NCBI GenBank assembly: GCA_048938385.1
Contig: JBHLMG010000009.1
Coordinates: 31,076 to 95,075, forward strand
DNA from: Promethearchaeota archaeon
Lineage (GTDB): Archaea; Asgardarchaeota; Hermodarchaeia; Hermodarchaeales; Hermodarchaeaceae
DNA length: 64,000 nt
Reading direction: 5' to 3'
A program made the translations under genes and the position numbers. Of the stretch, positions 20,001 through 28,827 are shown in pieces. The notes beneath the pieces were generated by a model that searched no databases, had not been told where the DNA came from, and worked only from the letters and a program-made list of their open reading frames with translations. The number at the start of each line of letters is the position of its first letter. Positions within the stretch are counted from its first letter, which is position 1.

Positions 20001-20548
20001 GCAGATTCACCTAACTTTATTCTTGGGGCAGTTGGAAGCCACTTATCGATGGCTTCTAGGAGAAAAGGTAACTCATTTGGAATATGTACGGCTGCTTCGA
20101 TATTAGGGTCTAGGGAACATTGACCGAGTATTGGTCCTGTAGTTGTAGTTTGGAACTTCGCTATTTCTTCTGATGACCGGACGCAAATAATCTTGGCAAT
20201 TTTTGGATGCGTTTGGGTCCAAAAACGGAACCCCTCAAGGACAATCACATCAGCTGAAACTACATGAGTTCCGCGTCGTAAGAGGTCAACTGGATCAACG
20301 ATGGGTCGTTGAAAAAGTAGGGTTGTTGATGATTCGCTTTGAAGAAATGTCGCTGAAGCACCAGCTTCGAGATGTCGATATGAATCAGTGCCGGGGGTAT
20401 CAAGGGAAAATTGTGGGTCACCTACATGTTTTGCACTGAGGATGCCTAGGTTCTGCTGCGAAAGGTGAGTAATGATGTGGGCAGTGACTGTAGTCTTACC
20501 CGAGTCCTTGTATCCAATTACCGAGAGTATCGGAGGGAATGAAACGAT
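19997..20548 (-). CDS. mobB: Molybdopterin-guanine dinucleotide biosynthesis protein B (non-canonical start)
   Basis: Frame open up to TAG at 20563-20561: SVIGYKDSGKTT (Walker A), AKH, DTPGTDSYRHLEAGA, DVIVLEGFR. No ATG/GTG/TTG upstream of the P-loop; GGAGG followed by CTG (20554) and ATC (20548). Confidence 0.85.
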   Translation of the reverse strand: MVSFPPILSVIGYKDSGKTTVTAHIITHLSQQNLGILSAKHVGDPQFSLDTPGTDSYRHLEAGASATFLQSESSTTLLFQRPIVDPVDLLRRGTHVVSADVIVLEGFRFWTQTHPKIAKIICVRSSEEIAKFQTTTTGPILGQCSLDPNIEAAVHIPNELPFLLEAIDKWLPTAPRIKLGESA

Positions 20549-20746
20549 AAGCAGTCCTCCCTAAAGACGAGTTACCTTCAGAAGTGAAAAGGTAACCCTG
20601 AGTATTAAACTTTTCAACATCTTGAGCACCAAAACAACGCTTTTCCGGTTGGATGAGAAAAAATGAAACAGGTAGTCACACTTTTAAGCAGAATGGACAG
20701 AAAAGCGGGTCTAAGGTACTCAAGTCACCGTGACGAGGGTCCAACG

Positions 20747-21097
20747 ATGTCGTTATCGCGTACTGTGGTCGTTGGTCTACTTGCTATTATAGCAGTAGCC
20801 ATTGTTTTGTTTATTCTGATGCTCGCTGGGTTTATCCAGTTCGCTACTTATGGTTTATTATTCATTACGGTGATCTTTGCCATCCTCGCCATTGAAGACA
20901 AAGACCTCTTACACGCTGCACTCTACCTCGCAGGCTCTGCCATTGCCCTGGCTCTAATATACTTGGTTCTGTTCGCACCTTGGGTCGCTTTCTTCCAACT
21001 AGCGATATACGCGGGCGCAGTCACCATTATCCTGGTTTCGGCTGTAGCGTTAACGGCGCGTCGTGGGACTGGTGAAGTTGAGGAGGATGCGTCATGA
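20747..21097 (+). CDS. NuoJ N-terminal half-like membrane subunit
   Basis: DLLHAALYL..APWVAFFQLAIYAGAVTI; likely start ATG 20747 after GAGGG. Confidence 0.8.
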   Translation: MSLSRTVVVGLLAIIAVAIVLFILMLAGFIQFATYGLLFITVIFAILAIEDKDLLHAALYLAGSAIALALIYLVLFAPWVAFFQLAIYAGAVTIILVSAVALTARRGTGEVEEDAS

Positions 21098-21375
21098 AAA
21101 TTAAAGTGGTTGGCCTGTTTCTCACAATTGTACTTGCCGTGTTCATGGTTGTGTTTATTAGTTTTGGATTTGGGGATTGGTTACTTGCCTCACCAGACCC
21201 TGCGACAGTGGCAACGCGGTTCATATTACCAGAGAATATCATTGTGCTAATCCAGAGCTTAAGTAACATGTTATGGCATTACCGTGGCATCGACATGGTG
21301 CTACAGGGAGTGTTCTTGTTCGTCGCAGCACTTGCTGCGTCTGTCTTTTTCCATGGAGTGGTCAAGGAGGAGTAA
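21094..21375 (+). CDS. NuoJ C-terminal half / MnhB-like membrane subunit
   Basis: LWHYRGIDMVLQ motif; lies between the J-N half and K; ATGA overlap. Confidence 0.65.
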   Translation: MKIKVVGLFLTIVLAVFMVVFISFGFGDWLLASPDPATVATRFILPENIIVLIQSLSNMLWHYRGIDMVLQGVFLFVAALAASVFFHGVVKEE

Positions 21376-21381
21376 GAGAAA

Positions 21382-21717
21382 ATGCAAGCGCTTGATACGA
21401 TTGGTGTTCCACTTTCTGGGTTCCTTGCTGTCGCGGTCATCCTGTATGTCATTGGCATCTATGGGATGGCGACGAAACGTAATATGATCAAGTTCCTCAT
21501 TTCACTGGAATTACTCCTTGATGGAGCGCATTTGAACTTCATCGTCTTTGCCACTATCTGGTCGGGTGGGTATATCGACCTGATGGTCCAAGCAATCGTC
21601 ATCGCAAGTATTTGTATCGGCGGTGGAATCATCGCAATTGGGCTTGGATTCATCATTAGTGCTTACAATAAATTCGGAACGCTGGATGTCCGAAAACTCA
21701 ACAAACTGCGTCATTAA
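21382..21717 (+). CDS. NuoK/MrpC-like subunit
   Basis: IGIYGMATKRNMIKFLISLELLL, three TM helices. Confidence 0.88.
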   Translation: MQALDTIGVPLSGFLAVAVILYVIGIYGMATKRNMIKFLISLELLLDGAHLNFIVFATIWSGGYIDLMVQAIVIASICIGGGIIAIGLGFIISAYNKFGTLDVRKLNKLRH

Positions 21718-21737
21718 CCCTGGGGTGAACGAGAAAA

Positions 21738-23888
21738 ATGCTACCTTACGCTGCTTGGCTTTGTTGGGGATTCCCCCTGCTAGGGGCTGTCCTCACACCG
21801 CTCTTTGCAAAAATCCATCCAAAGCTTCGGGATTACGGAGCCATCGTCTTTGGCTTACTAGGCATGATCATGGCCTTCTCCATGATTCCATTCATTTATT
21901 CTGGAGATGCCTGGCTTGGGACTCAATGGCTAGAAATTTCTATTCCTTGGATTAACATCCCAGGTGTTCTTACACTGGAATGGGGAATGCTCATTGACCC
22001 GTTATCCGTTTTCATGGCCTGTGTAGCAACCGGTGTCAGCTTCCTCATCCTTGTATACAGCCTTGGTTACATGCACGGTGATGAATCGCTCACTCGTTAC
22101 TGGTTTTTCATGCAACTGTTCATTGGTGGAATGGTTCTCCTTGTTATGGCGAACAACCTCCTCCAAACTTTCATTGGCTGGGAAATCGTAGGGCTCTGCT
22201 CCTACGCCCTCATCGGCTTCTGGTACAACAAGCCCAACATGGTTATAGACGATCAACTAGGTGAAATCACCGAAGGAAGGCTAAACTCACACAGTGGTAT
22301 GAAAGCCTTCATCGTTACCCGTGTTGGAGATGTCGCCCTCCTTATTGCCATCGTCTTTATCTTCTTCTTCACTGTTCAAGCAGGAACTCCCACCTTCAAC
22401 TACCAAGTTCTCCTTTCAGACTTCACCTGGCTTGGAACCATGGCTCAGGCGATTAGTGCTTTTCCTGGCCTATTACTATTCGTGGTGTTCCTCCTCTTCT
22501 TTCTGGGACCCATTGGAAAAAGCGCGCAATTCCCCTTACAGTTCTGGCTCCCGGAAGCCATGGCAGGTCCAACCACCGTCTCCGCCTTGATCCACGCTGC
22601 TGCAATGGTCAAAGCTGGTGTCTATCTGGTTGCTCGAATGGCCCCAATCCTTGTACAGGGCTTCCACACGGTAGCGATCGCAACAGCTATTGTTCAACAG
22701 GCTCTTAGCAACTTCTTCTATGTTATCGCCATAATCGGGACTTTCACCGCTTTTATGGCGGCAAGCATGGCTTTGGTCTCTAAGGAGCTCAAGAAGGTTC
22801 TTGCTTTCAGCACCATTAGCCAACTCGGTTATATGTTCATGGCAATTGGTGTGTTCGCCATCGCTGCTGAAGGAGCAGCAGGATACGCTGCGGGGGTCTT
22901 CCATTTAGCTGCCCATGCTGTCTTTAAAGCACTCCTCTTCTTGTCCGCAGGGGCTGTGCTCCACGCAGTTCATAGCAAATACATGACGGATATGGGCGGG
23001 ATCCGAAAAGCAATGCCGATTACCTTTATTGTAATGATCATTGGTGCTCTAGCCTTGAGTGGCTTCCCGCCCCTAGCAGGCTTTTGGAGCAAGGAAGCCA
23101 TCTTTTCTGCTGCCTGGGAATTGGGAGTTATGGGCAACATGACAGGTTACATCTTCCTCCTCTTCGCTGCCCTAACTGGTGTATTGACCTTCTTCTACAG
23201 TCTTCGTATGATTGGTATGACCTTCCTTGGTTCACCAAGTGAGAATGTTGAGAAACTAGCTGCAGAAGGGAAACCTGTGCATGAAGCGCCCCTAGTAATG
23301 TGGTTACCTTTAGTAATTCTTGCTATCACTACAGTGGTTCTTGGATTTCTTGAACCGTTCCTGAAGACATTCTTTCTAGGTGAATGGGCTCTTCAATTCT
23401 CAGGGATACCTCATGCTCCCCACATAGGTTCACTTATCGAGATGTATGTAGAACTCTTCGTTCACACCTTTACCTCACCCACATTCCTGATTACCCTTGG
23501 CGTGTTAGCCCTTGGCGGCATCCCCGGATACCTCATCTACATTCGCCAAAGTTGGACACCCGCAATTAGTGAGAAGAACTTCCTGTATCGGTTCTTATAC
23601 AAACGTTGGTACTGGAACGGGCTCATGTACAAGATCTTTGTCAGTGGCACTCTTTGGTTTTCACGGGGAATGTTCAAGACTGTTGAAGCAAAAGGCATCG
23701 ACCAGTTCAACTATGTTGTGGCTGATGGTGCCACAGGGCTAAGCCGCTGGTGGCGTCGAATTCAAACCGGTGTGCACAGCTGGAACATGATTCTGCTGCT
23801 CATTGGTGCTGTGGTCTTCGTAGCACTCCTCATCTTGTTTCAATTTGTAGGAGGCGTGCTACTTCTTCCAATTCCCTTCATACCCTGA
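21738..23888 (+). CDS. NuoL-like antiporter subunit
   Basis: FIGWEIVGLCSY, KAFIVTRVGD, GKSAQFPLQFWLPEAMAGPTTVSALIHAA, long C-terminal lateral-helix region. Confidence 0.92.
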   Translation: MLPYAAWLCWGFPLLGAVLTPLFAKIHPKLRDYGAIVFGLLGMIMAFSMIPFIYSGDAWLGTQWLEISIPWINIPGVLTLEWGMLIDPLSVFMACVATGVSFLILVYSLGYMHGDESLTRYWFFMQLFIGGMVLLVMANNLLQTFIGWEIVGLCSYALIGFWYNKPNMVIDDQLGEITEGRLNSHSGMKAFIVTRVGDVALLIAIVFIFFFTVQAGTPTFNYQVLLSDFTWLGTMAQAISAFPGLLLFVVFLLFFLGPIGKSAQFPLQFWLPEAMAGPTTVSALIHAAAMVKAGVYLVARMAPILVQGFHTVAIATAIVQQALSNFFYVIAIIGTFTAFMAASMALVSKELKKVLAFSTISQLGYMFMAIGVFAIAAEGAAGYAAGVFHLAAHAVFKALLFLSAGAVLHAVHSKYMTDMGGIRKAMPITFIVMIIGALALSGFPPLAGFWSKEAIFSAAWELGVMGNMTGYIFLLFAALTGVLTFFYSLRMIGMTFLGSPSENVEKLAAEGKPVHEAPLVMWLPLVILAITTVVLGFLEPFLKTFFLGEWALQFSGIPHAPHIGSLIEMYVELFVHTFTSPTFLITLGVLALGGIPGYLIYIRQSWTPAISEKNFLYRFLYKRWYWNGLMYKIFVSGTLWFSRGMFKTVEAKGIDQFNYVVADGATGLSRWWRRIQTGVHSWNMILLLIGAVVFVALLILFQFVGGVLLLPIPFIP

Positions 23889-23899
23889 GGTGACACAAA

Positions 23900-25408
23900 A
23901 TGGCACTATTCCACTATCTCTCATTCACGCTGTTGCTCATGTTCATCGGTGCTCCAATCGCCTGGATCATTGGGCGCCGTAACGGTCGCTGGGCAGGTGT
24001 CTTTGCCCTTCTTATCATGCTAGTCAGTATGGTCACCTTTGGTCTTGCCTGGTGGGAAACGCAACTTGCCGGCACCTATATGGAAGAATTCGTTTTGACC
24101 CCCACGCTAGGACCGTTTGGCTGGTACCTTGACGGATTGAGTTCTGTCGTAGGCTGGATCATCCTCTTCCTTACTACTGCTGCAACCTGCTATTCCATCG
24201 CCTACATGGCGAAAGAACATGGCCAATCCCGGTTCTTTGCATTACTTCTCATGTATAACGCTGGCATCCTCGGTGTCGTGTTGGCAACGAACCTATTTGA
24301 GTTCTACATCCTTTGGGAAATCATGCTCATACCCAGCTACTTCCTTATTGCAGAATGGGGTACTAAACCCCAATCCACAAAAATCGCCCTCAAATACTTC
24401 ATCTTTACACACATTGGTGCTGTGCTAATTCTCGTTGGTATCGCCGGCATCTATTCACTGAGCAGTCCTGCTAGCCTAAACTTGTTTTCGACACTGGTTT
24501 CAACAATTGACCTCAGTGGGTCTATGACTGTGGGAACGCTAGCCTTCGATTTAGCTCGCATCATCACAGTTCTCTTAACAATTGGGTTCGCTGTTAAGAT
24601 GGCTATCTTTCCCTTGCACACCTGGCTCCCCGATGCCCATGCCGAAGCTCCGACGCCTATTAGCGTCATCTTATCTGGCGTGATGATTGAAACCGCTGCT
24701 TACGCAATCATTCGAATCTTGATGACCTTCATGCTTCCTGCGTATGGAAGCTTCAGCACCATTCTCATGTTCTTTGGACTCATAACCATGATTTATGGTG
24801 GTATAATGGCTCTAGCCCAAAAGGATACCAAACGCCTTTTCGCCTACTCGTCAGTGTCACAAATGGGCTACATTTTCTTTGGTGTAGGCACAGCCCTTCT
24901 GATTGGAACCGTTGGAGCCGCCTTTCACATCTTTACACACGCCCTAGGTAAAGGCCTCTTGTTTATGACTGCTGGCGTCCTCATCGTTCAAATTGGCCAT
25001 GAACGGGGACGGGATATTACGGCTATGGGCGGTTTAGGGCGCAAGATGCCTTGGACTGCCACCATTGCTCTCATCGCAGGCTTAAGCATCGCTGGCACAC
25101 CACCCCTCGCCGGGTTCGCTTCAGAGTTCTGGATCTTTGTGGGCGGAGCCCTCGGTTATGCTGTCTTAATGTTAATCTTTGCTGTTGCCTCCACTGCACT
25201 TACAGCTTCATACATACTCTGGTTTGTGAAGCGTGTATTCTTCGGTCCTACCCCCGCAGATCTTGAGAAAGTTACAGACAGCCCATTACTCATGCGTATC
25301 CCTATGATCATCCTTGCGCTCCTGATCATCATCTTAGGAGTATGGCCCGCATTAGTACTTGATCCACTATATCAGGCACTGAGTTTGCTTCCTACCCTGG
25401 TCCCATAA
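23900..25408 (+). CDS. NuoM-like antiporter subunit
   Basis: LWEIMLIP, AVKMAIFPLHTWLPDAHAEAPTP, AYSSVSQMG, GFASEF. Confidence 0.9.
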   Translation: MALFHYLSFTLLLMFIGAPIAWIIGRRNGRWAGVFALLIMLVSMVTFGLAWWETQLAGTYMEEFVLTPTLGPFGWYLDGLSSVVGWIILFLTTAATCYSIAYMAKEHGQSRFFALLLMYNAGILGVVLATNLFEFYILWEIMLIPSYFLIAEWGTKPQSTKIALKYFIFTHIGAVLILVGIAGIYSLSSPASLNLFSTLVSTIDLSGSMTVGTLAFDLARIITVLLTIGFAVKMAIFPLHTWLPDAHAEAPTPISVILSGVMIETAAYAIIRILMTFMLPAYGSFSTILMFFGLITMIYGGIMALAQKDTKRLFAYSSVSQMGYIFFGVGTALLIGTVGAAFHIFTHALGKGLLFMTAGVLIVQIGHERGRDITAMGGLGRKMPWTATIALIAGLSIAGTPPLAGFASEFWIFVGGALGYAVLMLIFAVASTALTASYILWFVKRVFFGPTPADLEKVTDSPLLMRIPMIILALLIIILGVWPALVLDPLYQALSLLPTLVP

Positions 25409-25424
25409 TGGAGGTTGAAATGAG

Positions 25425-27005
25425 ATGGCTATCGGAATAAATGAATGGATTCAACTCATCCCCCTCTGGTTACCTCTCGTCGGCGCACTCTTCCTCGCGC
25501 TCATCGGTCGACTCACAAAAGAACGAAACAAAGTGCTCCTTGGGGCAATCTCTGTCGTAATTTTGTTCATTGCCCTCTGGTTCCTCATTTCACCCTTTCC
25601 GCCCTTTCAAGGACTCTACTTCCAGCTCGTCAACGCTGGTTTCACTCCTATTGATATCGTCTACTTCGTGACAACGCCACTGGACCCAAGCATAGGAGCC
25701 GCCTTCTTGCGAATCGACATTCTCTCTGTCTTCATGTCTGTCATCTTCATATTCTTAGGCTTCTTCGTCGCCCTCTACTCCATTAAGTACATGGAACATG
25801 ACACTCGGTTATCCATCTACTATGCCCTTCTCCTCACACTCGTTGGAGGAATGGTGGGGGTCACCATGGCAGGCGATTTCTTCACATTGTTCATCCTTTG
25901 GGAAACGATGTCAATAAGCAGCTATGTTTTAGTCGCCTTCCGGAAAGACGAAGCAGAACCTCTTGAAGCCGGCATCAAGTACCTCTTTCTTAGCGCTGTG
26001 GGTTCCACGCTCATCCTCTTCACCATGTCACTTCTCTACGGGCTCACAGGCACTTTGAATATCTACCAAATCGGTCCAGCACTTTCTTTGATCGTTGGAG
26101 GCGCCACTCCTGGTTCTCCAATCCAGGGCCTTCTCCTCATCACCATCGTTGGTCTCATCATCGGGTTCGGCGTCAAAGCGGCAATTGCTCCACTTTCCAC
26201 CTGGCTTCCAGACGCCCATCCTGCTGCTCCTAGTGGCATCAGTGCCATGCTCAGCGGCGTCGTCATCATGACAGGTGCTTATGCTATTATTCGCACACTT
26301 ATCCTCTTCTATAATCCCGCGGACTTTCCCTACTATGGGGCCGTAGTCAGCTGGTTTGCCCTCTTCACCATGATCTATGGAAACCTCATGGCACTGACAC
26401 AAAAGGATCTGAAACGGCTTCTAGCCTATTCAACTATAGTAAATGTCGGTTACATCATCTACGGGTTCAGTATTGCGATGATGCAGGTAGCTCAGCCTGC
26501 CCAACTCACCTCCGTCACAGGAAGCCTGTTCCACATTACAGCCCATATGCTCTCAAAGGGCATGCTCTTCTTGATCTCAGGAATTTTCTTACACTCTCTA
26601 CATACCCGGGATCTCGATAAACTCCGCGGCGTAGGTCGTAAAATGCCACTGACCATACTCTGTTTGACGATTGGTGCTCTGTCCCTTGCAGGGGTACCTC
26701 CCCTCATCGGATTCTATAGCAAATTCTTCATCATTTGGGGCGCCATCCAAGCAGGTGCATACATTGCCACAATCATCCTGGTGCTCATGAGCGCGTTCAG
26801 CGTAGTCTATTACTTACGCATTATCCAAGTCCTCGTCTTCGCCGAGCCCAGCCCTGAGGCTGCCACCGTCAAACCCACACACCCAATCCTTCTATTTGTT
26901 ATCAGCGTACTCACAATCTTCATCATCGGTATCGGGCTGTTTCCCGGCTTCTTCATTGAAGTAGCCGAATTTGCCGCTCAAGGTGCTCTTGGGCTGCTTC
27001 CCTAA
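25425..27005 (+). CDS. NuoN/MrpD-like antiporter subunit
   Basis: LWETMSISSY, EAGIKY, GVKAAIAP..WLPDAH, KRLLAYST, GFYSKF. Confidence 0.88.
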   Translation: MAIGINEWIQLIPLWLPLVGALFLALIGRLTKERNKVLLGAISVVILFIALWFLISPFPPFQGLYFQLVNAGFTPIDIVYFVTTPLDPSIGAAFLRIDILSVFMSVIFIFLGFFVALYSIKYMEHDTRLSIYYALLLTLVGGMVGVTMAGDFFTLFILWETMSISSYVLVAFRKDEAEPLEAGIKYLFLSAVGSTLILFTMSLLYGLTGTLNIYQIGPALSLIVGGATPGSPIQGLLLITIVGLIIGFGVKAAIAPLSTWLPDAHPAAPSGISAMLSGVVIMTGAYAIIRTLILFYNPADFPYYGAVVSWFALFTMIYGNLMALTQKDLKRLLAYSTIVNVGYIIYGFSIAMMQVAQPAQLTSVTGSLFHITAHMLSKGMLFLISGIFLHSLHTRDLDKLRGVGRKMPLTILCLTIGALSLAGVPPLIGFYSKFFIIWGAIQAGAYIATIILVLMSAFSVVYYLRIIQVLVFAEPSPEAATVKPTHPILLFVISVLTIFIIGIGLFPGFFIEVAEFAAQGALGLLP

Positions 27006-27042
27006 CACGGTGATCGCGTCTGCCTACAAGGTGGACGCTATT

Positions 27043-28560
27043 TCACTCTTTCTTCGTATTAGGCGATTTCAACCACCAATAAGTATGAGATTTCGTATCT
27101 GCAAGTTCAAATCCTAACTCGTTAAGTTTTGTTCGAATACCATCGGCTTCTTGGTATTTGTTTTCCGCCCGAAGTTGAGCACGTTGTTGGAGTAAAGCTT
27201 CTATTAGTTGCTTTATCACAGGATCTATCTCGCTATCGATTTCTCGTTGGTAGAGGTCCCCAAACAGAATGATTCCTATCTTCGAAAAGAACGCAAGCAA
27301 TGCTTGAGCAGAATTTGAACTTACAGCTGATGGTGTTTCCAACTGTCCTTGGATTCTGTTCACTAATCGAAAAAGGGTATTAATTGCTCGCCCCGTGTTA
27401 AAATCATCCAGTAAGGCTTCTTCTATAGCTACCTCTACTTCTTGGAATGAAGTATCCTGTTCAATAGTTTTCTCAGAGGGTTCTGCGAATTCAGCAAGTG
27501 CACGAAGATGGACGAGAACTTTCCGTAACCGTTCGACTTGTTTACGAACGCGTTTAAGCTCAGCTTCTTTAAAGGTCAAGGGTTTCCGATAGTGCATTGA
27601 AAGTAAGTAAAGCCGCAATGTCGCTGCTCCAAACCGGTTCACAGCCTCTCGCACGGTGATCAGATTTCCTACCGACTTGGACATTTTCTCTCCATCGAGT
27701 TTCAGATGGCGAACATGCATCCAATAACGAACATACGGCTTCTCGTTTGCTGCTTCACTTTGAGCGATTGAATTCTCATGATGCGGAAAGATATTATCCT
27801 CACCACCCCCCGAAATATCTAGTGTATCTCCCAGATACTTTTTCGCCATAGCACTGCATTCAAGGTGCCAGCCTGGGCGTCCTGGACCCCACGGACTCCA
27901 CCAGAAAGGCTCATCAGGTTTCGCCTGCTTCCAAAGGACAAAATCCCCCACCTGATCCTTATCGTACTCGTCTTTGTCAACCCGTCCACTTGCCCCTGCC
28001 TGAAGCTTCTGAGGATCAATCCCTGCAAGGCGACCGTACGCAGGGAATCTGCTTATCCGAAAGTACACCCCGTCGTCTGCTTCATAAGCAACTCCTTTCT
28101 CTAGAAGAGTTTGAACTAAGTGGATCATCTCTTGTATGTGCTGTGTTGCGATAGCATAAGTAGAGGGATCTGCAATACCTAGTAGCTGTCGATCCATGTA
28201 GTAATTCCTGGTTTGACGAGTGACTAGTTGTTGGAAGGCTTCACCGCTGGCTTGAACGCGATTCAAGATGTTGTCATCGACGCTGATGTCTGTCACATTC
28301 GAGATGTGCTTGACTTCATAGCCAAGATACTGAAGAAAACGTTCAACCACATCCCAGAATATGTAAGTCCGTGCATGCCCTATGTGCATCAAGTAGTTAA
28401 CTGTCAACCCACAGGTATACATACGAATCTTCCCAGGCTCAATTGGTGTGAATCTCTCCTTTTGCTTCGTCAGAGTATTGTAAATTCTAAGTGTTGATCG
28501 TCGGTTCCATTCGCTCGTTCTTGGATGAAGGGATGTTGGAGGATTCCGCTTCGATGTCAT
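27043..28560 (-). CDS. cysS: Cysteinyl-tRNA synthetase (divergent active site)
   Basis: HIGH, KMSKS, GRPGWHLECSAM, FPHHEN, DDFNT and C-terminal anticodon-domain helices; GGAGGT SD. Confidence 0.85.
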   Translation of the reverse strand: MTSKRNPPTSLHPRTSEWNRRSTLRIYNTLTKQKERFTPIEPGKIRMYTCGLTVNYLMHIGHARTYIFWDVVERFLQYLGYEVKHISNVTDISVDDNILNRVQASGEAFQQLVTRQTRNYYMDRQLLGIADPSTYAIATQHIQEMIHLVQTLLEKGVAYEADDGVYFRISRFPAYGRLAGIDPQKLQAGASGRVDKDEYDKDQVGDFVLWKQAKPDEPFWWSPWGPGRPGWHLECSAMAKKYLGDTLDISGGGEDNIFPHHENSIAQSEAANEKPYVRYWMHVRHLKLDGEKMSKSVGNLITVREAVNRFGAATLRLYLLSMHYRKPLTFKEAELKRVRKQVERLRKVLVHLRALAEFAEPSEKTIEQDTSFQEVEVAIEEALLDDFNTGRAINTLFRLVNRIQGQLETPSAVSSNSAQALLAFFSKIGIILFGDLYQREIDSEIDPVIKQLIEALLQQRAQLRAENKYQEADGIRTKLNELGFELADTKSHTYWWLKSPNTKKE

Positions 28561-28827
28561 GAGTACAAACCTCCGATGTCATTACTAGATACGGAATAAT
28601 TACTACCTAGTAAACTACCATATAGTTGGAATAAGTATTGAGAAACTAAAATGGAGTACGGCGTCACCGAAGGGCTAGTGTTGGCAAACTAAATACCCCA
28701 TGGTATTCACCAACCCAGAGAGAGTTCCTGTTTATACATAAATGTTATGTGCTCAGTAGTTATCAGAGCCCAAATAAGAGGAAGCCTTTTTTACCCACAT
28801 AGTTACTGATGTACCTCCATTCCAAGA

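Noticed and set aside
19997-20248. 83-aa ORF as a truncated or frameshifted mobB pseudogene
   Set aside because: The frame is continuous upstream to 20560 with all motifs; only the canonical start codon is missing
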